Part shown: positions 7,981 to 16,406 of the stretch, piece by piece
Numbering within the stretch: the stretch's first letter is position 1
Layout of the letters: each line of letters opens with the position of its first letter
DNA from: Methanobacteriota archaeon
GTDB taxonomy: Archaea > Thermoplasmatota > Poseidoniia > MGIII > CG-Epi1
DNA length: 64,000 bases
Assembly: GCA_014240055.1 (NCBI GenBank)
Contig: JAAZXP010000001.1
Span: 619-64,618, forward strand
Reading direction: 5' to 3'
Position numbers and translations under genes: made by a program
The notes under the pieces: model-generated
The model's input: only the letters and a program-made list of their open reading frames with translations
What the model was told of the DNA's origin: nothing
The model's database searches: none

Positions 7981-10900
7981 ATGAACATAAACGTAGCAAA
8001 GTCATCCTCCCTATACGGGAAAATGACAGCAATTCTCGTCGTAGTGTTGTTCGCATTCAGTGGTTTCACCACTAGTGCTTCAGCAATATCAGACGATGAG
8101 CAAGACAGCGAAATCATCAATGGGATAACCCTTGGTGAAGCAATAGAATCGGAATCACAAGGTGTAGTTGAGGCAATCTCTGAACTCAATATAGTTGTTC
8201 CAGGGCAAGATTCAGTATTAGTTATGCCTATGGAAGACGGTGCATTCGCTCCAGCTAAACAACCAGCTGGGGATGCAAAAGTATTGATCGTAGACGATGA
8301 TGGCGAAAATTGGATGTCAGGCCCATGGCTTGAAGCATCTCACATCGCTACAGCTTTGAACGATGGTGGATATTCCTACGATGTTTTCCGTGCAGGAAGA
8401 TGGGGTGGAACTGCTAAAGAATTACCTAGCGGTGATGCAGGATTATCCTTAGTTGACGATTACGAACTAATTATTTGGTATGGTGGATGGAATACTCAAA
8501 TAATGTCCAGTTCAGAAACTAGTGTTTTAGAAAATTATCTTGATGGAAACAATGGTAACGGAGACAGTTTTTCTACAACTAATAGAAATATATTTGTCTC
8601 TACACAAATGAGTGATTGGTTTGATGCTAATAATGGAAATTTCCAAAATAATTATATGCATTCAGATACTTATTATTCATCTTACATTGTTGTTGATGGA
8701 ACTTCAAACCCAATGAAGGGTGTTGATGGTTCTATTTTTGAAGAAAAAGAATATGCAACAGATACAGCAGGTACTCACTATCTTGACAGGCCATGTGGTA
8801 ACAAGCCGTATGATACCTCTGCAACCGGAGCTTTCTGGATGGATGCACGTAAGAATGCAGCAGACGGTCACGAATATCATGCAGTTCAATTTCCAGTGGA
8901 TGGTTACATAGGTCCGCAAACACATAAAGCTTTCATGTTTGCAGATGAAATTGGAGTATTCAATAAAAGATCAGACAGAGCAGATTTATTTGCAACCGTT
9001 CTATCATGGATGGGTGTAACTAAAGAGCAAACACAGAATGTAGACATAGGTATTGGAGGAGTTGATATTCCTAATCATGTACAATACTGGCGTTCAGTAG
9101 AATCTATGGTACCTGTAGACATTCGAATAACAGTAACAAATTACGGTATGCTTCCTCAGAGTAGCACAGCTGTTGCATTAAAAATAAAGAATCAATTTGG
9201 TCAAGTTCTGTTTGACAGTACATTTGACACCAGGGCTTTCCCAGAGGGACACCCTATGCACATCTCAGATTCAATTCAAAATGGTGACAGTGTTGTATTT
9301 ACTTTCAATAGAACAAATGACAGACACCAACGTATTTACGATGGTAATGATGAGAATAAAGCAAGACATGTAATATTCACAAGTGCTGGTATGGATCGAC
9401 TTTCAGCGGAAGTTAAGCATACTGGAGATCAAGGTATAGCTAATAATTACGTACAAGCAGATGTTGGTGTAGGTAAGTGGATTGAAAACGGTGAAGCGCC
9501 TGAAGATGAAATTGGTCCATCGATTACATTCGGTGACACAGACGATAATGGTGCAAATAGTTTAGATCATGTTAATTATCACCGTGCAAGCAGTTATGAC
9601 TGGGATGCAGATGGTTGTGGTTGGTATGAAGGTGCTGACGATGATTGTGTAGCAAACGGTGGAACATTAAACAAAACTAAAGGTGGAGTTTACCACGAGG
9701 GTAAATCGGCCTTAGCAATGTTTGCATCAAATGGATGGACAAAATCAACTGGTAACCCAGATAATTGTGTTGCAGGTTCAGGAATGAAAGACGATGCTGA
9801 CTGTCCAAAATTCACCATGGAACCTAACCAAGATGACTATTTCGTATCGCCTCCTATGGATTTGAGTGCTATGGATGAAGTTGTAATTGGTATGTTGTTT
9901 ACAGGTTGTATGGAATCAGGAGATAATTTCCGTATGCAAGTATCAAAAGATGGAGTCTCATGGACTAATTTGATTTCTTATTCTGGATTCTGTCCAGGTG
10001 AAGGTTCATGGTATCTATGGGGTGGAGGAAATCCAAAATATCAGGGATATACATTAGGAAGTGATTTCTATGGTAGTGATGATACTGATGCAGTTTACTG
10101 GAGAGTACAAGCAGATGCAGACAGTGACCAGGTTACCGAAGGTAGCCGACCTTACGCAGGCTGGTTCATAGATGAGATTGTTTTCCGTGGAACAGAACGT
10201 ATTACTCGTGATGTTGCTGTAGGAGATATTTCAGTCCGTGAAGGTGCTAACATGATTGTTAAGGATTCAGAAGGAAACAGCTTGTGGAGAGAAATCAATG
10301 CAACAGTTGTAAATGCTGGAGAAGCAGCATGGACTGATTTACCAGTCAAGATTTCTGTAACTAATTTACAAGGTGAAGAAATGTCTTCATTCCTTGACAC
10401 AACACAACCAACAATTCCTAATCTAGCAGGAGATTCAACATATGGTGACATAACTCCAGGAGATGGTAATGAGGATCAGAAAGAATTATTCTCATTGTTT
10501 AGAACTCCGAGTGCGAATACGTACTATGCTGAAGTTGAAGTGTTAGTTCCGGCAGGTAAAGATTTCTTCCCTTGGAATAATTCTTTAACCTATACTTTCA
10601 GAGTTTTCGATACTTTCTTCAAAGATGATATCGACACTCCAGATGACCGATCTTCAGTATATGCATATACTAAGGCAGATAGGTTGTCTACTACTGCTAA
10701 TACATGGAAAGAACGAAGTATCAATGATAATGCCTACTCAGGTTCATATGTTTGGCAGTATGCTAAGGAATCAGGATATAGTAAAGAAAATCCTACCACT
10801 GCAGCAGGCTCTGATGACAGTTTGATTACACAAGACGAATATGATCGAGATAGTGCAGGAAGTCAATTTGGCAATGATGTCAATGTTGATTTACGAGCTG

Positions 10901-13335
10901 CTTTCCAACCAATTTTATCTTTTGCAATTAAATGGGATTTAGCTGCTGGAGATAGATTGGAAGTTAGAGCTGCTACTGATTTCGATAGCACACAAGCAGT
11001 AACATCTGGAACTTGGTCAGTCTTAAAGACTTACGAAGACAACTGCGGTTGTTCTTGGGAAGGAAATGACCAATGGATTGAAGAAGAATTAAGCCTTGAC
11101 GAGTTTGAAGGTTACCAAACCTGGATTGATTTCCGAGTTGTAACTGCAAACGGTGGAGGTAAGGGTGTAATGCTTGATGATATCATGGTAATTGGTAATG
11201 AATACCGAAACAACTTCGATATTACAAGTGTAGTAACTGACAGATATGCAGCTTCAGGTGGAGAGCATGACTTGGCTATTACAGTTAAGGGAATTGGTCT
11301 ACGTCCACAAGAGGGTGTAACTGTCTATGCACAGATTACAGACTCTAATGGTATGCGTGTATGGCCTACTGACCGAACATTCAATTTCTTTGAAGTGCCA
11401 TCCAATTATGATCCAGACGGTAATGGAGTATTTGGATTGGAGAAAGGTCAAGAATTCACAGTAGATCCGTCAACAGCTGGTGACGACTGGGTTTGGGGTG
11501 CAGGATTTGGTCCTGGCATCTATAATCTAAAAATTACTGCTTGGAGACCTGATGAAGTTCAAGTTCCTGACGAAAATCGTGCTAACAACATCAAAACAGT
11601 AACAATTGTTTTGGGTGCTGCACTTCTTTCTGGAGAAGCTGAAAACTGGAACTTAGGAAATAGCTGGTCAGCTGGATCTTATATCTGGGATGGAAGCAAT
11701 GATGGTTCATTAACATCTGATGAATTCCAAGTTTGGAATAGTCGACCTTTCCTAGTAGTTGAAGCAGAATACGATTTAACTGATGCTTATGTTAAAGCTC
11801 AAGTTAGAACTGGTTCTAGTGGTTCTTGGTATGATGTTAAGTGGAGAGCAGTTGATCAATTGTCAACACTTTACTCTATACCTGGTGCAAACTACACCGT
11901 ATTGCCTGACCGATGGTCTGGAGCAAGTAGTTTCGATAACTCGACAACTCAGACTTTCTTTGCGGATTTAGGTTCAGTTGAACAAATCGGTGACGGTTCA
12001 GGTCAACTACAAGATCAATTCATCCGTGGAACAATGCAAGTTAGATTGACAGGAACCAATACTGGTGGTGGAGGATCGTTTACGGCCTTCTATCCGTCTG
12101 TCTTCGGTCTTGATGACTACTCAGTAGATGTCAAGTCTATTTCACCAGGAACTCAGAATGGAATTCCATCTTCAGTTATTAACGGAGATTCAAAGAGAAC
12201 CTATACAGTGAAAGTCAATAATTACGGAGCAGCTTCTGACGCAGGAGTTGTGGATTTCGTAATTACTGCACCTGACAGTGCTTTCGTTACATTACAAGAT
12301 GGAACATTAGCAGTAATGGATTCAGTTATTCAGAATGGAAAAGACACTAGAGTAGCAATCAAGCCAGTTATCTCACTATGGGGTAATGGCCGTGATGATC
12401 CTAATCTTGGTGACCAAACTGCATACGTCTATGAAAATGGAAACATACTATGGCCTAGTGGCAATGTTGAAGCATATTCTGCAGGAGTAAGTGGAGCTAA
12501 GACCGGTTGGGATATCAGTAATCCAACTAAGTCAAGCTGGAATGCAAATACAGATAAACCAATTGAACCAGATGCAAGCGACATGGTTGCACCAGGTTCA
12601 GTAATGACAGTATCAATTGAAGTTACAATTGGTTACTCTGAATGGGTAATGCCAGGAACTTGGAGTATTCAAGCAGATGCACGATCTTGGTCCGACTATG
12701 AAGATACCTTCACAACTATGGACTCAGATGGTCAAGCAACACTAGTAATTTCTAAACCTGATCTTTCAATTGGTGAAGATGTAAGATACATTTCACACGC
12801 AACTGGCTACGGTTCATCCGGAATTGGTTGGGAAAAGAAAACAGGTGGAAGTGGCGATAACGAAGATCCATACTTCAGTTTCATGTTCCAAGTTCTTAAC
12901 ACAGGAACTGAGACTGTAGGAAACTTCCAAGTAGGTCTTGAAGACTTTGAATCTAATTCATTAGGTGTTCAAGTTACACTATACTGGACTGGTAATGGAT
13001 GGGCTATAGACGAAGACACAACTACTGCACACGGAGCTATGATAAAGACAGAAGGTAACAAGAAGTTCATCTTCTTCCAAGCTACAGCAGCAGAATTGGG
13101 TATGTCAGCAGGTCCTGGTGACGATGCAAGTGGTTCTTACACGTTCTACTTGAGTGTTGATACTTCAGCAGATGTAGATGAATCCAACGAACAGAACAAC
13201 AGGGTTCCTATCTCTATAACTGCAGTTAAGGAAGTTAACACAGTACCATCTTTCGCTCTGTCATTGATGAGCATAACCATGAGCGGTCTATTGGCTGCAA
13301 TTGGAATTGCACTCAGACAGAAAGAAGAAGAGTAA
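7981..13335 (+). CDS. Giant (1784 aa) secreted, C-terminally anchored surface protein; CARDB/Ig-like and MAM/jelly-roll-like modules, no recognisable catalytic motif
   Basis: Signal peptide MTAILVVVLFAFSGFTTSASA. CARDB-like strands (ITVTNYGMLPQSS, INATVVNAGEAAW, YTVKVNNYGAASD, MFQVLNTGTETVG). Jelly-roll-like modules end in GWFIDEIVFRG and GVMLDDIMVIGNE. C-terminus VPSFALSLMSITMSGLLAAIGIALRQKEEE. Uninterrupted 5.3-kb ORF. Confidence 0.85.
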   Translation: MNINVAKSSSLYGKMTAILVVVLFAFSGFTTSASAISDDEQDSEIINGITLGEAIESESQGVVEAISELNIVVPGQDSVLVMPMEDGAFAPAKQPAGDAKVLIVDDDGENWMSGPWLEASHIATALNDGGYSYDVFRAGRWGGTAKELPSGDAGLSLVDDYELIIWYGGWNTQIMSSSETSVLENYLDGNNGNGDSFSTTNRNIFVSTQMSDWFDANNGNFQNNYMHSDTYYSSYIVVDGTSNPMKGVDGSIFEEKEYATDTAGTHYLDRPCGNKPYDTSATGAFWMDARKNAADGHEYHAVQFPVDGYIGPQTHKAFMFADEIGVFNKRSDRADLFATVLSWMGVTKEQTQNVDIGIGGVDIPNHVQYWRSVESMVPVDIRITVTNYGMLPQSSTAVALKIKNQFGQVLFDSTFDTRAFPEGHPMHISDSIQNGDSVVFTFNRTNDRHQRIYDGNDENKARHVIFTSAGMDRLSAEVKHTGDQGIANNYVQADVGVGKWIENGEAPEDEIGPSITFGDTDDNGANSLDHVNYHRASSYDWDADGCGWYEGADDDCVANGGTLNKTKGGVYHEGKSALAMFASNGWTKSTGNPDNCVAGSGMKDDADCPKFTMEPNQDDYFVSPPMDLSAMDEVVIGMLFTGCMESGDNFRMQVSKDGVSWTNLISYSGFCPGEGSWYLWGGGNPKYQGYTLGSDFYGSDDTDAVYWRVQADADSDQVTEGSRPYAGWFIDEIVFRGTERITRDVAVGDISVREGANMIVKDSEGNSLWREINATVVNAGEAAWTDLPVKISVTNLQGEEMSSFLDTTQPTIPNLAGDSTYGDITPGDGNEDQKELFSLFRTPSANTYYAEVEVLVPAGKDFFPWNNSLTYTFRVFDTFFKDDIDTPDDRSSVYAYTKADRLSTTANTWKERSINDNAYSGSYVWQYAKESGYSKENPTTAAGSDDSLITQDEYDRDSAGSQFGNDVNVDLRAAFQPILSFAIKWDLAAGDRLEVRAATDFDSTQAVTSGTWSVLKTYEDNCGCSWEGNDQWIEEELSLDEFEGYQTWIDFRVVTANGGGKGVMLDDIMVIGNEYRNNFDITSVVTDRYAASGGEHDLAITVKGIGLRPQEGVTVYAQITDSNGMRVWPTDRTFNFFEVPSNYDPDGNGVFGLEKGQEFTVDPSTAGDDWVWGAGFGPGIYNLKITAWRPDEVQVPDENRANNIKTVTIVLGAALLSGEAENWNLGNSWSAGSYIWDGSNDGSLTSDEFQVWNSRPFLVVEAEYDLTDAYVKAQVRTGSSGSWYDVKWRAVDQLSTLYSIPGANYTVLPDRWSGASSFDNSTTQTFFADLGSVEQIGDGSGQLQDQFIRGTMQVRLTGTNTGGGGSFTAFYPSVFGLDDYSVDVKSISPGTQNGIPSSVINGDSKRTYTVKVNNYGAASDAGVVDFVITAPDSAFVTLQDGTLAVMDSVIQNGKDTRVAIKPVISLWGNGRDDPNLGDQTAYVYENGNILWPSGNVEAYSAGVSGAKTGWDISNPTKSSWNANTDKPIEPDASDMVAPGSVMTVSIEVTIGYSEWVMPGTWSIQADARSWSDYEDTFTTMDSDGQATLVISKPDLSIGEDVRYISHATGYGSSGIGWEKKTGGSGDNEDPYFSFMFQVLNTGTETVGNFQVGLEDFESNSLGVQVTLYWTGNGWAIDEDTTTAHGAMIKTEGNKKFIFFQATAAELGMSAGPGDDASGSYTFYLSVDTSADVDESNEQNNRVPISITAVKEVNTVPSFALSLMSITMSGLLAAIGIALRQKEEE

Positions 13336-13476
13336 GTCACTCTAAGTGAAATGACATTGGGGAGGGGAGAGATCTCCTCCTGCAATGCGCGTTAATGTTC
13401 AGCCTAGGCTTTGTTGATTATTGTGAATCCTGCGTGGACATACAGTAGTATTTAATGGAGGTAGAATTAGGGAATT

Positions 13477-13716
13477 ATGAAAAACGAAGTAAACAACTTC
13501 TTAAAATTAATTACTACAATTACAGGTATTTCTGTATTATTTACAGTAGGAGGTTTGACTATAGATGGAATAAGACAAGGAGATTACACTTTTCCAATAT
13601 TCTTAATTGTAGTTTTACTTATCATTTGGACGCTTCAAGAGCCCATAAAGAATATGGGAGTAATAAGGCAAAAAAGAATTGACGAACAGCGTAAAAAAAA
13701 TCAAAAGAAAAGATAA
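13477..13716 (+). CDS. Hypothetical small membrane protein (2 predicted TM helices, Lys/Arg-rich tail)
   Basis: Two hydrophobic stretches (ITTITGISVLFTVGGLTI; FPIFLIVVLLIIWTL) and the basic tail RQKRIDEQRKKNQKKR. GGAGGT lies 14 nt upstream. No homology recognised. Confidence 0.35.
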   Translation: MKNEVNNFLKLITTITGISVLFTVGGLTIDGIRQGDYTFPIFLIVVLLIIWTLQEPIKNMGVIRQKRIDEQRKKNQKKR

Positions 13717-13868
13717 GTTCATTTTCAATTAAAAACAACCGTTTCGGTGTGTTAGACTGAGGGTCCGGACCCCCCTCAAACTCCCCTCGTCTAGTATATT
13801 AGTTTAGAATCAGGGTGCCATAAGCCTCTACCATAGCAAATAGAGACTTATAGCGAAGGTGTGGAACT

Positions 13869-14915
13869 TTAATTGATCATTTGGATAGACTTACCTAGAG
13901 GAGAGCTTGGCTTCTCTGTTAGGTCTTCTATATTCAATTCATCTTGTGGTATTGCTGAGACTAACATCACTACTTTGACGCTAGAGCCCATAGAATCATC
14001 CGTTCTTAATCCCCAGATGAGATTAACATCATCTGACAAATCATATTTCAAAGCAGATAATACTTCATGACAATTATTTAGTGAAAATTCACTTCCTGCA
14101 GCTACATGTAATAGAACAGCTTCAGCACCTTTGTAGTGTGAACCTAGTAATGGATTATTCAAAACAGAATCTAAAACACTTCCAGGATCAGATCCTTCAG
14201 AATCTCCGTAAAGAACTTTAGCATTACCTCCTGCTTCTATAATTTTTCTTAAATCAGCAAAATCAACATTTATGGTAGACGGTTCAGTAACTACTTCAGC
14301 TAATGATTGAACAGTCTCAGCTACTAAATCAGACATTACTCCGAAAGCTTTCTTCATCGGATAATCTCCATTCTTTATTTCATTAATTTTTTCATTATCT
14401 AATTCAATAACACAATGACAGCTGTCTTTTAGCTCTTTAAGGCCTTCAAGGGCAGTATTACGCCTTCTAGATCCTTCTTCCTTGAATGGTAAGACTGCGA
14501 CACCTACGACCAATGCATCAGTCTCTCTAGCGTAGTTTGCAATTACTGGTGAGCAACCAGTTCCAGTCCCTCCTCCCATTCCAGCAATAACAAAGATCAT
14601 ATCTGTATCACTTAGAGCATCTCTTAGAGTTGCTTCATCTTCTTCAGCACACCTCTTTCCTAGGTGTGGATCGCCACCAGTTCCTCTTCCTTGTGTAATA
14701 GTAGCACCTAAAACTTTTCTACTGTGAGCTCGGCAATTATTGAGATGTATTGCATCTGTATTCAATGCAATAGTTTGTACTCCCGTAATTCTTCGGTTGT
14801 ATAAACGCTTGAGAATATTATTCCCAGCTCCACCTACACCTAGAACTTTGATCTTTGGAGGAGTAATAAATTCCATAAGATCACTGCTGTCAAAACTTTC
14901 TAATTTATCCATCAT
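13869..14915 (-). CDS. ftsZ: Cell division protein FtsZ
   Basis: GVGGAGNN, tubulin signature GMGGGTGTGCSPVIA, T7-loop region NVDFADL. 348 aa. Starts 3 nt downstream of the RHH gene. Confidence 0.93.
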   Translation of the reverse strand: MMDKLESFDSSDLMEFITPPKIKVLGVGGAGNNILKRLYNRRITGVQTIALNTDAIHLNNCRAHSRKVLGATITQGRGTGGDPHLGKRCAEEDEATLRDALSDTDMIFVIAGMGGGTGTGCSPVIANYARETDALVVGVAVLPFKEEGSRRRNTALEGLKELKDSCHCVIELDNEKINEIKNGDYPMKKAFGVMSDLVAETVQSLAEVVTEPSTINVDFADLRKIIEAGGNAKVLYGDSEGSDPGSVLDSVLNNPLLGSHYKGAEAVLLHVAAGSEFSLNNCHEVLSALKYDLSDDVNLIWGLRTDDSMGSSVKVVMLVSAIPQDELNIEDLTEKPSSPLGKSIQMIN

Positions 14916-14918
14916 TTT

Positions 14919-15314
14919 TTAATCACTTCCATAATCTGAAAATAGCATTTTTCGTCTGTTTGAAATGGTATTGACCTCATTTCGTAAGAATTGGTAATCT
15001 TTCTCTTCTCTGTATTTAGAGGTAGAGTGCTGTAAGATTGCTTCAGACACAATCTGATCTATATTTCCATAGCCGTCTTCTTGAAGGTCATGTAATTTTT
15101 CTCTAACTTTCTGAGGGACCTTTACAGTCATTGAATCGTGAGTTGGAGATACGGTGTGTCTGTCTAGGTATTCATCTAAAGCTTCTTGAATTAATTGATT
15201 ATAAGATTTAATTTTGAGGGGGTTTTCAGTTGCCCAATATTCGATTCTGGCAGCTCTTTCTGGGTCTAAACGGACTGTTAATCTGTTGGTAGTTAGAGGT
15301 CCGAGTGGTGCCAT
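14919..15314 (-). CDS. Tandem ribbon-helix-helix (CopG/Arc-like) DNA-binding protein, co-transcribed with ftsZ (CdrS/CdrL-like context)
   Basis: Two strand-helix-helix units: NRLTVRLDPERAARIEYWA...YNQLIQEALDEYL and SMTVKVPQKVREKLHDLQEDGYGNIDQIVSEAILQH. 3-nt gap to ftsZ. Confidence 0.6.
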   Translation of the reverse strand: MAPLGPLTTNRLTVRLDPERAARIEYWATENPLKIKSYNQLIQEALDEYLDRHTVSPTHDSMTVKVPQKVREKLHDLQEDGYGNIDQIVSEAILQHSTSKYREEKDYQFLRNEVNTISNRRKMLFSDYGSD

Positions 15315-15338
15315 ATTATCTCAAACATAGAAGCATAG

Positions 15339-15346
15339 TATATAAA
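15339..15346 (-). promoter_or_regulatory. TATA box (TTTATATA on the minus strand) for the RHH-ftsZ operon
   Basis: Centred ~28 nt upstream of the ATG at 15314. This is the spacing expected for an archaeal promoter driving a leaderless or near-leaderless mRNA. Confidence 0.45.
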
Positions 15347-15355
15347 CTTAATGGT

Positions 15356-15419
15356 TTATGACATCAAAAGTGTGTCATAATTATATTTTAAGTGTCAAAG
15401 TCTAGTCAAAACTGTGTCA
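15356..15419. promoter_or_regulatory. Phased TGTCA repeat array: inverted repeat plus direct repeats in a divergent promoter region
   Basis: Perfect inverted repeat TTATGACA (15356-15363) N9 TGTCATAA (15373-15380). GTGTCA occurs at 15372, 15392 and 15414, with AGTCA at 15404; spacing is 20/11/11 nt. The array lies between the two divergent TATA boxes (15339-15346 and 15442-15449). Confidence 0.4.
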
Positions 15420-15441
15420 TACTTTCGGTCACCTCAAATAG

Positions 15442-15449
15442 ATATAAAG
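15442..15449 (+). promoter_or_regulatory. TATA-like box (ATATAAAG) upstream of the tRNA-thiolation gene
   Basis: Centred ~22 nt upstream of the GTG start at 15468. Confidence 0.35.
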
Positions 15450-15467
15450 TAGTATGTATCTTCATTT

Positions 15468-16391
15468 GTGGCTTGTAAAAAGTGTACTATTGATCCGGTG
15501 ATTAGTCGCCGTTACTCAGGTGAAGTACTTTGCGAGAGATGTTTCTTTAAATCTTTCGAAAAGAATGCTATCAAAGAATTAAGGAGTCAAATAAATCTCC
15601 TCATCAAAAATTCAGATATTAAGATAAAAAAGATAGGTATTGGTCTTTCAGGCGGTAAGGATTCAACTGTTGCTTTGAAGATTTTAGATTACTACAGGAA
15701 GGAAAGGGATGTTGAATTAATTGGCTTATCTGTTGATGAAGGCATTGAAGACTATCGTTCAGCTTCTCTTGATTGTGCAAAAAAAAGTTGTGAATCATTC
15801 GATGTACCTCTTCATATATTTTCATACAAAGAATTGATAGGTATGACTCTCGGTGAATTATTAATTAAGAATCCGCCTGATGCATCACCTTGTTCACCAT
15901 GTGGTATTCTCAGAAGGAGGTCATTGAATCAAATGGCTAAGAAGGCAGAAGTGGATTGCATGGTCTTAGGACATAATCTTGATGATTTTTCTCAAACTGT
16001 TTTAATGAATCATTCTCGAGGTGATATTTCACGTCTAAGTCGCATGGCACCTCATAGGTCTGTTCAGAAAGGATTTATTCCTAGATTATTACCATTGAGA
16101 AGACTTCCTGAACAAGAAGTATATCTTTATGCACTCCTAAATGGCATGGATTTCCATGAGGGTACATGTCCCTATGCAGGTAAAGCACAGAGAAATCTTT
16201 TCCGTAAAATATTGATGGATTTGGAGCAGAAGCAACCGGGAACACGTCATTCTCTTCTTAGTGGAATGGAAAAAATCCGCGAAACAGTTGAACTTCCTTC
16301 AGAAATTTCTTCCTGCCCATCTTGTGGAGAACCTTCAGGTGGGGATGGCCCTTGTGTATTCTGTCGTGAATTCTCTTCTTTTGTAGTTTAA
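15468..16391 (+). CDS. tRNA 2-thiolation PP-loop ATPase (NcsA/TtuA/Ctu1 family)
   Basis: PP-loop GLSGGKDSTVAL. N-terminal CKKC...CERC and C-terminal CPSCG...CVFC zinc fingers. LGHNLDD motif. Confidence 0.85.
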   Translation: MACKKCTIDPVISRRYSGEVLCERCFFKSFEKNAIKELRSQINLLIKNSDIKIKKIGIGLSGGKDSTVALKILDYYRKERDVELIGLSVDEGIEDYRSASLDCAKKSCESFDVPLHIFSYKELIGMTLGELLIKNPPDASPCSPCGILRRRSLNQMAKKAEVDCMVLGHNLDDFSQTVLMNHSRGDISRLSRMAPHRSVQKGFIPRLLPLRRLPEQEVYLYALLNGMDFHEGTCPYAGKAQRNLFRKILMDLEQKQPGTRHSLLSGMEKIRETVELPSEISSCPSCGEPSGGDGPCVFCREFSSFVV

Positions 16392-16406
16392 AACTGAATT
16401 TTATTA

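Noticed and set aside
8704-8925. Cluster of three overlapping 63-73-aa ORFs on both strands inside the 1784-aa gene.
   Set aside because: This is a local stop-codon-poor stretch. The main frame runs through it uninterrupted, and the small ORFs carry no independent signals.
13359-13380. G-rich imperfect palindrome (contains GAGATCTC) just after the 1784-aa gene, considered as a transcription terminator.
   Set aside because: The stem is short and bulged with essentially no loop, and it is not followed by the oligo-T tract expected for archaeal termination.
13455-13682. Alternative 75-aa ORF overlapping the 79-aa micro-ORF in another frame.
   Set aside because: Its translation is Tyr/Asn/Arg-rich with no hydrophobic or structural pattern. 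The 13477 frame at least encodes two plausible TM helices. Both remain doubtful.
13812-13824. A 13-nt GC-rich motif, AGGGTGCCATAAG, occurs in two intergenic regions: here on the plus strand and at 5438-5450 on the minus strand.
   Set aside because: There are only two copies, the flanks do not match, and the position relative to neighbouring genes is inconsistent. In 64 kb, chance identity of a 13-mer cannot be excluded.
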